Part shown: positions 28,614 to 38,008 of the stretch, in pieces
Layout of the letters: each line of letters starts with the position of its first letter
Numbering within the stretch: the stretch's first letter is position 1
NCBI GenBank assembly: GCA_002309155.1
Contig: DBXB01000025.1
Coordinates: 19,589 to 83,588, forward strand
Origin: Bacteroidales bacterium UBA1223
GTDB lineage: Bacteria; Bacteroidota; Bacteroidia; Bacteroidales; P3
Direction: 5' to 3'
DNA: 64,000 bases
Position numbers and translations under genes: made by a program
Notes under the pieces: generated by a model
What the model was told of the DNA's origin: nothing
Seen by the model: only the letters and a program-made list of their open reading frames with translations
Databases searched by the model: none

Positions 28614-30683
28614 GTGACTTATATTTTTATGAAAATAAGAGGATTTGTTTGCCTACTGGCTATAATGATGCTTTTTGCTTGCGGTGAGCGGGAGACGGGG
28701 ATTAACGGACTGTCACGCTCTAAGGTCGATGCACTGAACAAGCAGTCGTTCAGGCTCCGCACTCAGGACAGCAAGCTCTCTGAGCAATACGGCAGGATGG
28801 CGTTGAAGTATATCTCCGACAGTCTGCCGGGGTATAACGACGGCAAACTCAGGGCGTGGAATAATATCGCTAACTCCTATCTTCACAGGGCAAAGCATGA
28901 CTCGGTGATGATTTATATCGATTCGGTGCTTTCGTTTAAGGGCAAAGCCGCTAATTTGGAGGTGGAACAGACATTGGCTAAACTGCTGGAGGCACGATTG
29001 AGACAGAGAAAATGCGATATAGCCGGATCATATCAGATACTTTATGACGTGGAGAATTCCAAAATACTCGACAGGCGGGAGCAGTCAATGCTGTACAATC
29101 TTGCCAAAAGCGAGTTCTATATCACCACAACGACCCTCAACTACCACTATCGCAGTAAGTCGCAATATCAACAGGCAGAACTGCTCACAAAGATGGAGGA
29201 GCTTAGGAACGAACTATATTGTGACTATGCTGAGGATATGTCGTTCAACTACGCTATAGCATACGGTTACTATGCCCTTTGCTCAGACACAGTGAATCAG
29301 AAAGAATATCTTCGCAAATCCCTGCAGTACACATACGACAATCTACAACTTCTGGGCGACAGCTTGCGATTCAATACATACGAATTGGCGAATAACTACC
29401 AGATGTTGGGTTTTATGCTCTGGAGTCCCAATATTTCTTCGGAATCATGGGAGTATAATGAACCATTGCTCGAAGAGATTGGTCTCTTTGTCGGCGAAGC
29501 CTTTGGATTCGATGTGACGCAAAGTGACGACCCCGCATTTGCCTTTCTGAGTGAGGCAACGTCACTCTTTTTCCTGCATGACGACCCTTATCAACGGTTA
29601 GGAGCGGTAGTCGCCGCAGGCAGATACAGTATGGCACATGGAGATACTGTGACTGCCCGGTTGTATTTTAATGAGGCGTTGATTGACACCACTATGTTGG
29701 GTGTCGCTCCGAAATTCGAGGCGATGCTCTATGAGGGTTTCCTCACGTCGGGATGTGCCGAGAACACTGACGAGGTGGCGGAATGGACCCGCAAGGAACT
29801 GAAAATCCTCAACGAAATCAAGCAAAACGAGAAGGCGGATTTCCTCCTTCAGCTGGAACTGTCGCAGATAAGACGCAACAATATAGTCTTCCAGACATTC
29901 TCGCTGATATTGATATTGCTTGTTATCGCTCTGCTGGTGACATTATTCCTGTTGCGTCGACGCACCAAGGCGTTACAGCGGGAGACTATGCGTCTTCAGA
30001 ACGCCAAGCAGCAGGATGTGGAGAGAATCGCCAATGTGGAGACCTGCCTGTCCGTGTTGAGGCATGACATAACTCCATTTGTGTCGTACCTGCAGAACGA
30101 GAATCTGCCAGAGGATTTGCGTCGCGACGTGACAGGACAGCTGTTGCGTACCTTTGAGAATATCAAGAGTTGGACAAATCTCTCCATCCCCAGCGGACTG
30201 CAGTTCAGATGCGGCAATGTGAGCTTGCAACAAGTCTTTGACGGAGTCGCCGCCAGTGTCAACAACTACAAGTCAGACCATGTGGAGTTGCGTTTTGATT
30301 CCACCGAATTGACGGTAAAAGGTGACATTCTGTTGCTAGAGATACTGTTGCGTAATCTGGTAAACAATGCCATACAACATACAGAGAAAGGCAGTGTGGT
30401 AGTCTCGGCAAACAGAGACACGGAGGATGGCCGTTTCGCAATAGTGTCGGTAAGAGATACAGGCGAGGGGATGTCGCAAGAGGAGCTGGACAATCTGTTT
30501 AGGGCCGACAAGAAGATAAAGAGGCAGTCACATCAGAATGGTTATGGGACGGGATTCGGACTCATTCTCTGCCGTTATATCATCAAAAAACATGACGACA
30601 ACACTCAGAGAGGATGCCGTATATGGGCAGAGAGCAAAGAGGGTGAGGGAAGTTGCTTCTATTTCAGAATAGAGTCCTTGTAA
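28614..30683 (+). CDS. TPR-like-repeat sensor histidine kinase (periplasmic/lipoprotein-anchored sensor, 1 TM, HisKA + HATPase)
   Basis: likely start at 28629 ('MKIRGFVCLLAIMMLFAC'); TM 'FSLILILLVIALLVTLFLL'; H-box 'LSVLRHDITPF'; N-box 'LLRNLVNNAIQH'; 'VRDTGEGM'; 'GTGFGLILC'. Confidence 0.85.
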   Translation: MTYIFMKIRGFVCLLAIMMLFACGERETGINGLSRSKVDALNKQSFRLRTQDSKLSEQYGRMALKYISDSLPGYNDGKLRAWNNIANSYLHRAKHDSVMIYIDSVLSFKGKAANLEVEQTLAKLLEARLRQRKCDIAGSYQILYDVENSKILDRREQSMLYNLAKSEFYITTTTLNYHYRSKSQYQQAELLTKMEELRNELYCDYAEDMSFNYAIAYGYYALCSDTVNQKEYLRKSLQYTYDNLQLLGDSLRFNTYELANNYQMLGFMLWSPNISSESWEYNEPLLEEIGLFVGEAFGFDVTQSDDPAFAFLSEATSLFFLHDDPYQRLGAVVAAGRYSMAHGDTVTARLYFNEALIDTTMLGVAPKFEAMLYEGFLTSGCAENTDEVAEWTRKELKILNEIKQNEKADFLLQLELSQIRRNNIVFQTFSLILILLVIALLVTLFLLRRRTKALQRETMRLQNAKQQDVERIANVETCLSVLRHDITPFVSYLQNENLPEDLRRDVTGQLLRTFENIKSWTNLSIPSGLQFRCGNVSLQQVFDGVAASVNNYKSDHVELRFDSTELTVKGDILLLEILLRNLVNNAIQHTEKGSVVVSANRDTEDGRFAIVSVRDTGEGMSQEELDNLFRADKKIKRQSHQNGYGTGFGLILCRYIIKKHDDNTQRGCRIWAESKEGEGSCFYFRIESL

Positions 30684-30701
30684 TTGTAGCCAGATAAGAT
30701 A

Positions 30702-31544
30702 TCAATCTCTTTTCAGGTAGTTGATGCTGTTTGGATCGATGATATGATATTGCAAGGCTTTGGCGATGCGTGCGCCTGATTTGTTTACAATGTTGAATTT
30801 GCGGGACAGCTCTTTCTGTTTCTCCTGAATGGACTTGTCGGTCTCGACCCATTTGGTGAGTTTTGTGGCTATCTCCTGAGCCGTGCATCCCGCCGCCTCG
30901 AGAAGCAGGATTTCCCGTTCCTCTTCGGAGATGGTCTCGTCAAGGGTGTCGTGTTTTTCTTGCTCGAAATAGAGTTCCGCCGCCTCTTTTATGGTCAGCA
31001 TCACAGGATAGTTGAAATAGTATTTCTCACCACGCTCAAGACACGAGATGGCTCGCAGGATGTTCTCGATGGAGAATCCACCCGTGGCGTTCTTGCTCAC
31101 AAAGGCGTTGGCACCCTTGTGAAGAGCCTCGAATACCACGCCACCAATCTCCTTGAGTCTGCGGGTGCGGTCGAATTCAGTCTGCAGAGGGTTGTCGAAA
31201 CGTCCTGAGAGAATGATGATTTTGATGTCTTCGCCGAGGATGTTCTTGTATTGACGGCGTATGCGTTCGGTGATGAAAACTCCTCCTGTGGGTTCCCCTT
31301 GGAATTCCATGTCTACGAGAAGATAGTCGGGACGTTGCCTCTGGGGGTCGTTGAGGGCGGCAAATAGTTGGGGGCCGTTGGCGAAGGTGTCGAGGACCAC
31401 TATTTCTTTCTGCTGGACATGACCGTCGTCGTCAATGCGACAATCCACCATCTCATGGCGGCTGTTCAGTTCATATTTTATGGCTTTGCGGATGATGGGT
31501 TCGTCGTCGACAATGGCAACGGTGATTACGTCGGGGTTTTCCAT
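30702..31544 (-). CDS. response regulator, receiver + LuxR/GerE-type HTH
   Basis: 'VAIVDDEP', phospho-acceptor context 'DYLLVDMEF', 'KIIILSGR', 'AFVSK'; C-terminal 'REILLLEAAGCTAQEIATKL...' HTH. Confidence 0.8.
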   Translation of the reverse strand: MENPDVITVAIVDDEPIIRKAIKYELNSRHEMVDCRIDDDGHVQQKEIVVLDTFANGPQLFAALNDPQRQRPDYLLVDMEFQGEPTGGVFITERIRRQYKNILGEDIKIIILSGRFDNPLQTEFDRTRRLKEIGGVVFEALHKGANAFVSKNATGGFSIENILRAISCLERGEKYYFNYPVMLTIKEAAELYFEQEKHDTLDETISEEEREILLLEAAGCTAQEIATKLTKWVETDKSIQEKQKELSRKFNIVNKSGARIAKALQYHIIDPNSINYLKRD

Positions 31545-31574
31545 GTGATGATGATATGGGGTTGGTGGCGATGA

Positions 31575-32849
31575 TTATCTTTTTCTCCGTCTGCTGTGCA
31601 TTACCAGATAGATGATGAGGAAGGTCAGGATGAGCAAGTAGATACCGATGCGGAAACCTGTCATCTCGTCTCTGAATGCGAAGGCGGCGTTGAGCATTGA
31701 GAACAGATCCCAGATGGTAGAGCAGATGGTGATGATGGCAAGGAGGGTAAGCACACGGTTCATCTTGTCGTCGCTCTCCTTCTCATATACCGCTCCGGCC
31801 TGTGTTACCATGGAGTGCAGGAAGTCGGTGCTTTCTTTCAATTCGAGGCTGCGGTCGATGGCCCTGCCTATCTCTGTTGGCAGAAAATTGTATGAGAAGC
31901 GGTCGAAACAGTATCGGCGTTCAAATAGTAGGATGTCGGCCTCAAGTTGTTTGATGTCGCAGCCCTTGGCACGGAACAGGGAGTTGTAGTGGTAAAGGAA
32001 CGATTGGCGGTATAGCATGTAGATATAAATCATGCCGAAATAGTCGTCAATCCAGATTTTCCGCCTGAAGTCGGGGAGGGGTGAGGAGAGCATAGTGAAG
32101 GTGTCGAACAGCGCCAAGGCGCTCCAGTCGGAGAAGATGGAGATATGTCCGGTCTCCATCACTCGGTTGTAGTAGCTGTCGTCGCCACTGGCGCCCTCTT
32201 CCAGGGGCATTAAACATCCTATGTTGTAAATCATCCTGCGAGTGTCGTCGCTTGGAGGAAGGGGTGAGTCAGTCTCAATGATTTGGAATATCTTCAGCTT
32301 GTTGCCGTTGTGGGTCAGACGTTGGTAATGCGCGGTTCCTTCTGCTTCGGTGTCAATAAGGTTGTAGACCGGAGTTATCGCCATGTCGATAAAGTCGCCA
32401 ATCTTGTCGTGGTTGTAATGACAGATGTCACGCATCAGTTGCAGGGCTTCAGCCGTCTCCGAATAGTCGCACTCTGCCATCTGTATGCTTATTGAGAAGA
32501 TGACTATGCCGAAAGGGGCAATCCAGAGTTGCAGATTGTCGACAGCCACTGTTGTCGTAGAGCCGTCACGAAGAGTGATTGTGGCATCCTTGCCCACCTT
32601 TTTTGAGAAAATCACCATGTGGTCGGGATAGACGCTCTTAGTGTGGCATCTTGTCGATACCGACTCCTTATCGGGATTGTGTAAGAAATCGACAAATTCT
32701 CCGTAATAGTAATTCTTGTTGATGGAAAGAGCGGCGCTGTCGGCGGTGGTTTGCTCCCATCCTTGGCTCTCTGCTTGCGATGCGAGAACTCTCCAGTTGT
32801 CGGAGATGAAATGACCACAAAGATATGCGGTGTTTCTTGCGATTTTCAT
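31575..32849 (-). CDS. hypothetical protein, large cytoplasmic domain + two C-terminal TM helices (CorA-like topology only)
   Basis: 424 aa; TM pair 'VLTLLAIITICSTIWDLFSML' / 'IGIYLLILTFLIIYLVM'; 30 nt upstream of the response regulator gene; no GMN motif. Confidence 0.6.
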   Translation of the reverse strand: MKIARNTAYLCGHFISDNWRVLASQAESQGWEQTTADSAALSINKNYYYGEFVDFLHNPDKESVSTRCHTKSVYPDHMVIFSKKVGKDATITLRDGSTTTVAVDNLQLWIAPFGIVIFSISIQMAECDYSETAEALQLMRDICHYNHDKIGDFIDMAITPVYNLIDTEAEGTAHYQRLTHNGNKLKIFQIIETDSPLPPSDDTRRMIYNIGCLMPLEEGASGDDSYYNRVMETGHISIFSDWSALALFDTFTMLSSPLPDFRRKIWIDDYFGMIYIYMLYRQSFLYHYNSLFRAKGCDIKQLEADILLFERRYCFDRFSYNFLPTEIGRAIDRSLELKESTDFLHSMVTQAGAVYEKESDDKMNRVLTLLAIITICSTIWDLFSMLNAAFAFRDEMTGFRIGIYLLILTFLIIYLVMHSRRRKR

Positions 32850-32957
32850 GGCTGAGGGTAAATGACTTCAGGGTTGTGGGTGATACAACCGTTCTTTGTT
32901 TGAATGATATAACGTGGCAAAATGAATTAAATTATTTTATATATCAACAATTTTATG

Positions 32958-32965
32958 TATCTTTG
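32958..32965 (+). promoter_or_regulatory. -7 box TATCTTTG for the NACHT gene
   Basis: TAnnTTTG match 30 nt upstream of the ATG at 32995. Confidence 0.6.
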
Positions 32966-32994
32966 CACTCTAAAAATTCCTGTGGAGTCTGACA

Positions 32995-35900
32995 ATGATT
33001 ACATTGGTAAATAGTTATGAAGAGTCTCAGAGTGAGGCCTTCCGTAGTTTGGTAGAGTCGTCGGCAGAGGGGCTTCCTTATACCTTGGCGCATCCCCTGA
33101 AGCAGCTCTACTCAACAATCGGGCAGGCTAACTATGCTAAAGCCAAAGATTACCTGCTGGAGTTGTTTGAGCTCTCGGCCCAGTATCTTTCTGTTGTGCT
33201 TCTGTCGTTGCTGCGTGAGCATGTCTCCGGCCAAGACTCTATCAATGCCAAAGAATTGTCAAGACTCGCCTCGGTGGCGCGCAAGATTGACACCAAACGC
33301 CCTCTCTCGTTCGGAGACTGGTGCAATGATATACTGCCTCCTCTCACCGAATCGCTTCTCAAACTTATCCCTCAGTCGCCATTGGCCGCTTCATTGTCCA
33401 GGAGAACCACTTCAAAACACAACCTCTTCGTAGGTGGGAAGAACGAGATTTCCATTGTCTATCTCCGCAACCATTACAAAGGACATGGCACCATGCTCAC
33501 CGACGAGAAGTACCATGAGTTGTTGGTCGGCGCTGAGCCCAGACTTATGCAGCTCCTTGAGGCGTTGTCGCCTCTTTGGGGTTGCACCAATCTGCATCAA
33601 GATTCGCATTTCTGGGTAGAGGGTTCTCTTGGTGTATCCAAAATAGATCTGTTCCCGTTGGTTTTCGCCGACAGCCGTGACTATGTCTATCTTTTCCAGT
33701 CGCTCAACGACGAGAAGGCATACTATGTCTCAGCCAACGAACAGGCGGAAGCCCTGCTCACTGCTGATAACAATCCGTCTATCGACGCTTTTTTCCAAGT
33801 CTTTGAACCCTCCTTCGATGTCGCCAAGCGACGTAACTGGACTGAGTGGACGTCGGTGCTCTCGACTGCCAGCAACCGATTTTTGCAAGGTGTTTACCGA
33901 GAGAAAAAATACAACCGTGAATTGTTCGTCGACAGGGGAGGATTGTCTACATTGCTGGGTGATTTCCTTGGCTCAGACGATACCTTCTTCCCGTTGCCGG
34001 GCGAGGCGGGTCAGGGAAAGACCAACCAGTTGTGCTTCTGGTGTGAACAGTTGCTTGCCGACAAGCAATATCTAAGCGACGGTTCGAAAGATGTGCGACC
34101 GGCGTCGGTATTGCTCTTCTCTGGCTCTGACGTGTCGGGGACCAACCTGGATGCATTCTTGCACGACATCCTCAATGTCTCTGGACGAAAAAGTCTCTCC
34201 AAGGTACTTGAAGAGATGCACCAGGCGGCAGAGGAAGCCCACTCTCAGTTGCTGATAATGGTAGATGCTCTCAATGAGTGTGAGAATTACAAGTTGGTTG
34301 CCGAAGATGGTATGGGCGGGAATAAGAGCGAGGCGGCCGCTGTCGCGTTGTTCAAAGACATGATCGCTGTTTTCGCAGGTCAGAGCTTTCCCTGCTTCAA
34401 GATTCTCTTTACCTGTCGCAACTATACGTGGAAACAACTTCTGCAACCCGAAATATCGTTGTTCGTAAAGAGCAATCCTCAGTGCGCCGTTAGTCTTTTT
34501 ACTCCTGATGAAAACGGCAATGCAGTGGTGCGGGGCTTCACCGACGACGAACTCCGTGATGCTTATGCCATATATAGCGATGTGTATAGCATACATACCC
34601 CTTTCAGTCAGGTCGCCCGTTCTCTGGCTTTGAGACTCAAAGATCCGTTGGTGTTGAAGATCGCTTGCACCAATTATCTTGGTGCCACGTTGCCAGAAAC
34701 CACAGGATGTCTCACTTCGCTGGCATTGTGGGATGGCCTTTATGCCAATATTCGCAACGCTTATGCTGGAAGCAAACAGATAGAGATTCTAGATGCTGTT
34801 AGTGACGCTATACTGAAGAATTACCTTGACGGAAAATCATCCAACAGTGTCAATATTTCAGAGTTGAGGTTGGCGTTCGACGACGAGAGCCATCCGATGC
34901 ACAGGCTGTCCAGACTGGTGTATGTGCGGAAAAACGGCGATACGTCCAAGTTCTCCATCTCCGTGGCTTTTGCCGAGCTGGTTAACCGACCTGAACGTCC
35001 GGTGCTCCGCTACACACAAGACGACAGAATACAGTTTGTCTATGAACGTTTTCTGGAGTATATGCTCTCCAGACTCTTGCTGGAGCGTTTCGGTGCTGCG
35101 GTGGATGACGTGACTGTGGCTTCGTTCATGAAAGAGGTAAACTCCGACGAGGTGATGCTGGGCGCTATGCGGAACGTCCTCATAAAGTTATATGCCGATT
35201 CAGGTGACAGCGGTCTGCTGGTCTCCTTGATTGCCAGACATAGTGAGGATTTCCTGATGATGACACTCCTGACGGATGTGATGAATGTGTTGGTGCGAGA
35301 GAATTACGAGGAGGAACTGTTTTCTATTGAAGAAGCATTGTCTGAGCAGACAGGCATAGACGATTTCGATGAGAAGGTTATCGGCGAGTTCAACAGTCTA
35401 TCTAAGAAAATAGATACCAACCAGGCGACATCAGAGATAATCTCCAGGTTCAACCAACTGCATGCCCACCTGAAGCCCATGCTGAATCTGCGTACCATGG
35501 CAATACAGACTCTGTTGGGCGGAATATTTCTTACCGACTGGTTCAACGAGGATTTGTATCATAAAGACCCGTTCAGTCTCCTTTGGACTTTGACCGACGA
35601 TCCTTTGGTGGAGGTCAAAGACGCTGTCTGCTTGCAGTCTTACTATGTGTCATATCAGCATTACACATTAGGAGGCACACCTATCGATAGAAATCTGTCG
35701 GAGTATATTGCCTCACGTATGTACGACTGGCTCGATTCGCATTCGGTGGTTACCATGATTGCCAGTGGAAGGAAACGACGCCGGATGGTTACATTTCTCG
35801 AGACCGCGACACGTCTGCTGGTGATGCAGATTATCGATGTCATGTTGTCTGAGGACTCTTCTCAGCAGTATCGTATTCCCTTGATGCTTGACCGTCTGCG

Positions 35901-37125
35901 TAGCACTGTGCGGCATTTGACGCTGAACCACACCCTCGTGAGACTGGTTCTTCCTGCATTGAATATTGTTATGCGCCGTCAGCTTACCTTCCAGAAGGAT
36001 TATGTCAACAACGCCATTGAGTACCAGCGTTTCTGGACGGCATTGCCACAGCGGACATCTGCCAATGGTGAATGGTCAAAGTCCGATTTGCCGGAAATCA
36101 TGCGGTATATCTTTCAGTATTCGAGATATTACTCGCAGGGAAAATCGGAGGAGGCTCCCGATTTCAAATCAGCCATCGACCGCATCTGGGCAGCATACCA
36201 GACCGGCGACAGTCTCTCGTATTTCGTCATAGAACGTCTCATTGTCATCAATGGTGTATGCTCATGGGAGTCGATACGTCCTCTGATGCAAAGACTCGAC
36301 GACGGGAGTCTGTCCAAGACCCGATGGTGGGACTACACCCAGATGTCGATAATTTACGACCTTTACCAGCTGGGCATGAAGATGCCCCAGATGCCTGACG
36401 AGCTGATGGAGATGTTTGGACGTTGGTGTGTCGACTGGACCCGCAGATTGAGAGGACTCTTCGTCGCTCCCAACAGTGCCATAGCTAACCCTCGCCAGAA
36501 ATACAAACGTAATGTGATGACCTGGTATGCCATGGTATATGCATACCGAAATGGCGATGTGCGTCGAGAACCCTACAAGTCGGTGCCTCTTTTCTATCAA
36601 CTCCTTGACGAGGCTGTCGACAACCGTGATGGCGAACTGTTGGTCCATTTGGTGGAGAATATCTCTGAGCTTGTCGCAGACTCGGGCTATGTACAAACCG
36701 CCTTGGATCTGCTCTCACATCTTATGCATCGTATCGACAACGAGTCGATGCTCGTCGATATGTCTCTTCAGGAAACCTTGCCTTCCCAGCTGGCACTCCT
36801 GCTCAGCACTGCGAAGTCGTATGCCCCCGATGCGGTAAACGCTTTTATCGCCAATGAGATGATTCACCTGCCATTCCCGGGAGTGGAGAAATACCGTGAC
36901 GAGATACTTAATTACACTCCTTGCGGAGAGAAACTCTCTGACGTGCTGACACACAGGTTCGGTAATTTCATCATCTTCGGACTTATCCATCAGGAGGAGA
37001 TCGACAGATTCTGCTACGATGTGTCACAGCAACTCGACAAGACCAAAGACTTCACGCAGTGGTTTGCCATCGTTGTGCGTATGCTGCTACGTGATTTGTT
37101 GAAGATAAACATAAAAGTATCGTGA
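32995..37125 (+). CDS. NACHT/STAND-class P-loop NTPase, NLR-like (helical N-domain, NTPase, ~850-aa helical C-terminal region)
   Basis: Walker A 'PGEAGQGKT' (nt 34000-), Walker B 'LLIMVDALNE' (D424 at 34264), 'ILFTCRNYTW' sensor-1-like; no TM; N-domain 'YLRNHYKGH' (Rx5H). Confidence 0.75.
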   Translation: MITLVNSYEESQSEAFRSLVESSAEGLPYTLAHPLKQLYSTIGQANYAKAKDYLLELFELSAQYLSVVLLSLLREHVSGQDSINAKELSRLASVARKIDTKRPLSFGDWCNDILPPLTESLLKLIPQSPLAASLSRRTTSKHNLFVGGKNEISIVYLRNHYKGHGTMLTDEKYHELLVGAEPRLMQLLEALSPLWGCTNLHQDSHFWVEGSLGVSKIDLFPLVFADSRDYVYLFQSLNDEKAYYVSANEQAEALLTADNNPSIDAFFQVFEPSFDVAKRRNWTEWTSVLSTASNRFLQGVYREKKYNRELFVDRGGLSTLLGDFLGSDDTFFPLPGEAGQGKTNQLCFWCEQLLADKQYLSDGSKDVRPASVLLFSGSDVSGTNLDAFLHDILNVSGRKSLSKVLEEMHQAAEEAHSQLLIMVDALNECENYKLVAEDGMGGNKSEAAAVALFKDMIAVFAGQSFPCFKILFTCRNYTWKQLLQPEISLFVKSNPQCAVSLFTPDENGNAVVRGFTDDELRDAYAIYSDVYSIHTPFSQVARSLALRLKDPLVLKIACTNYLGATLPETTGCLTSLALWDGLYANIRNAYAGSKQIEILDAVSDAILKNYLDGKSSNSVNISELRLAFDDESHPMHRLSRLVYVRKNGDTSKFSISVAFAELVNRPERPVLRYTQDDRIQFVYERFLEYMLSRLLLERFGAAVDDVTVASFMKEVNSDEVMLGAMRNVLIKLYADSGDSGLLVSLIARHSEDFLMMTLLTDVMNVLVRENYEEELFSIEEALSEQTGIDDFDEKVIGEFNSLSKKIDTNQATSEIISRFNQLHAHLKPMLNLRTMAIQTLLGGIFLTDWFNEDLYHKDPFSLLWTLTDDPLVEVKDAVCLQSYYVSYQHYTLGGTPIDRNLSEYIASRMYDWLDSHSVVTMIASGRKRRRMVTFLETATRLLVMQIIDVMLSEDSSQQYRIPLMLDRLRSTVRHLTLNHTLVRLVLPALNIVMRRQLTFQKDYVNNAIEYQRFWTALPQRTSANGEWSKSDLPEIMRYIFQYSRYYSQGKSEEAPDFKSAIDRIWAAYQTGDSLSYFVIERLIVINGVCSWESIRPLMQRLDDGSLSKTRWWDYTQMSIIYDLYQLGMKMPQMPDELMEMFGRWCVDWTRRLRGLFVAPNSAIANPRQKYKRNVMTWYAMVYAYRNGDVRREPYKSVPLFYQLLDEAVDNRDGELLVHLVENISELVADSGYVQTALDLLSHLMHRIDNESMLVDMSLQETLPSQLALLLSTAKSYAPDAVNAFIANEMIHLPFPGVEKYRDEILNYTPCGEKLSDVLTHRFGNFIIFGLIHQEEIDRFCYDVSQQLDKTKDFTQWFAIVVRMLLRDLLKINIKVS

Positions 37126-37934
37126 AAATAATTTCTAATCTAAACAGTATTAAACATCTACACTTATCTCTAACCATTATTACCCTGCTCTCCGTTATGA
37201 CACTCTCATGCTCTTCTTCCGCACATGAAACATCACCATCACGCAAGCCTCTCATTGTGGCTCATCGTGGCGGTGCTGATCTTGGCATGGAGAATAGCCT
37301 GTCGTGTATAGAAAAGGGTATTGCCACCGGTGCCGATATGGTGGAGATTGACGTGCATCTCACCAGTGACGGACAGGTAGTGGTATGTCACGACCCAACT
37401 ATTGACCGTACAACTAACGGAGAGGGGAAGATAGAAGAAATGACCCTGAGTCAGATACGTTCATATCGACTGGTCGACAAGAACGGCGCCCCTTCTGACG
37501 AGACAATCCCTACTCTTCAGGAGGTACTCCAGTTGATCCATGGTCGCTGCGGTCTGCTGCTGGAGATAAAGAAGAAAAAGGATCAGTATGTGGGTATAGA
37601 GCGGAAAGTGGTCGACTTACTGGAGGAATACGACATGATGTCACATACGGTAATTCAATCCTTCAACGATCCGGTGCTTGAGGAAATCCATCGCCTCAAA
37701 CCTGACATCAGGATAGAACGGTTGAGTTTCGTGCCTCCCCGGAATCTTGACAAATATCCAGATGTGGCATCATTCAACACCTGTTCATGGTTCACCAGGA
37801 AAGCCTTTGTCAACCGTGCGCATCGTCATGGTAAAGAGGTGAAGATATGGACTGTCAATAAATTGGGGAGGGCTTCGCGCCTTCCAGCTGATGGCTTTAT
37901 CACCAATAACCCAGAGCTCTTCAAGTCCAGATAA
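37122..37934 (+). CDS. glycerophosphodiester phosphodiesterase (lipoprotein)
   Basis: 'IVAHRGG', 'ENS', 'MVEIDVHLTSDGQVVVCHD'; lipobox 'VMTLSC'; GTG start overlaps the NACHT stop (GTGA). Confidence 0.88.
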   Translation: MKIISNLNSIKHLHLSLTIITLLSVMTLSCSSSAHETSPSRKPLIVAHRGGADLGMENSLSCIEKGIATGADMVEIDVHLTSDGQVVVCHDPTIDRTTNGEGKIEEMTLSQIRSYRLVDKNGAPSDETIPTLQEVLQLIHGRCGLLLEIKKKKDQYVGIERKVVDLLEEYDMMSHTVIQSFNDPVLEEIHRLKPDIRIERLSFVPPRNLDKYPDVASFNTCSWFTRKAFVNRAHRHGKEVKIWTVNKLGRASRLPADGFITNNPELFKSR

Positions 37935-38008
37935 ATATTGTCTAGCTTCAAAGACTGAAACTATTATCAATATCTAACGTATCAAATAATTAACAAAATC
38001 CTTCTCCC

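Noticed and set aside
34072-34596. 174-aa minus-strand ORF
   Set aside because: It is antisense to the NACHT gene across its Walker B region. It is a shadow ORF.
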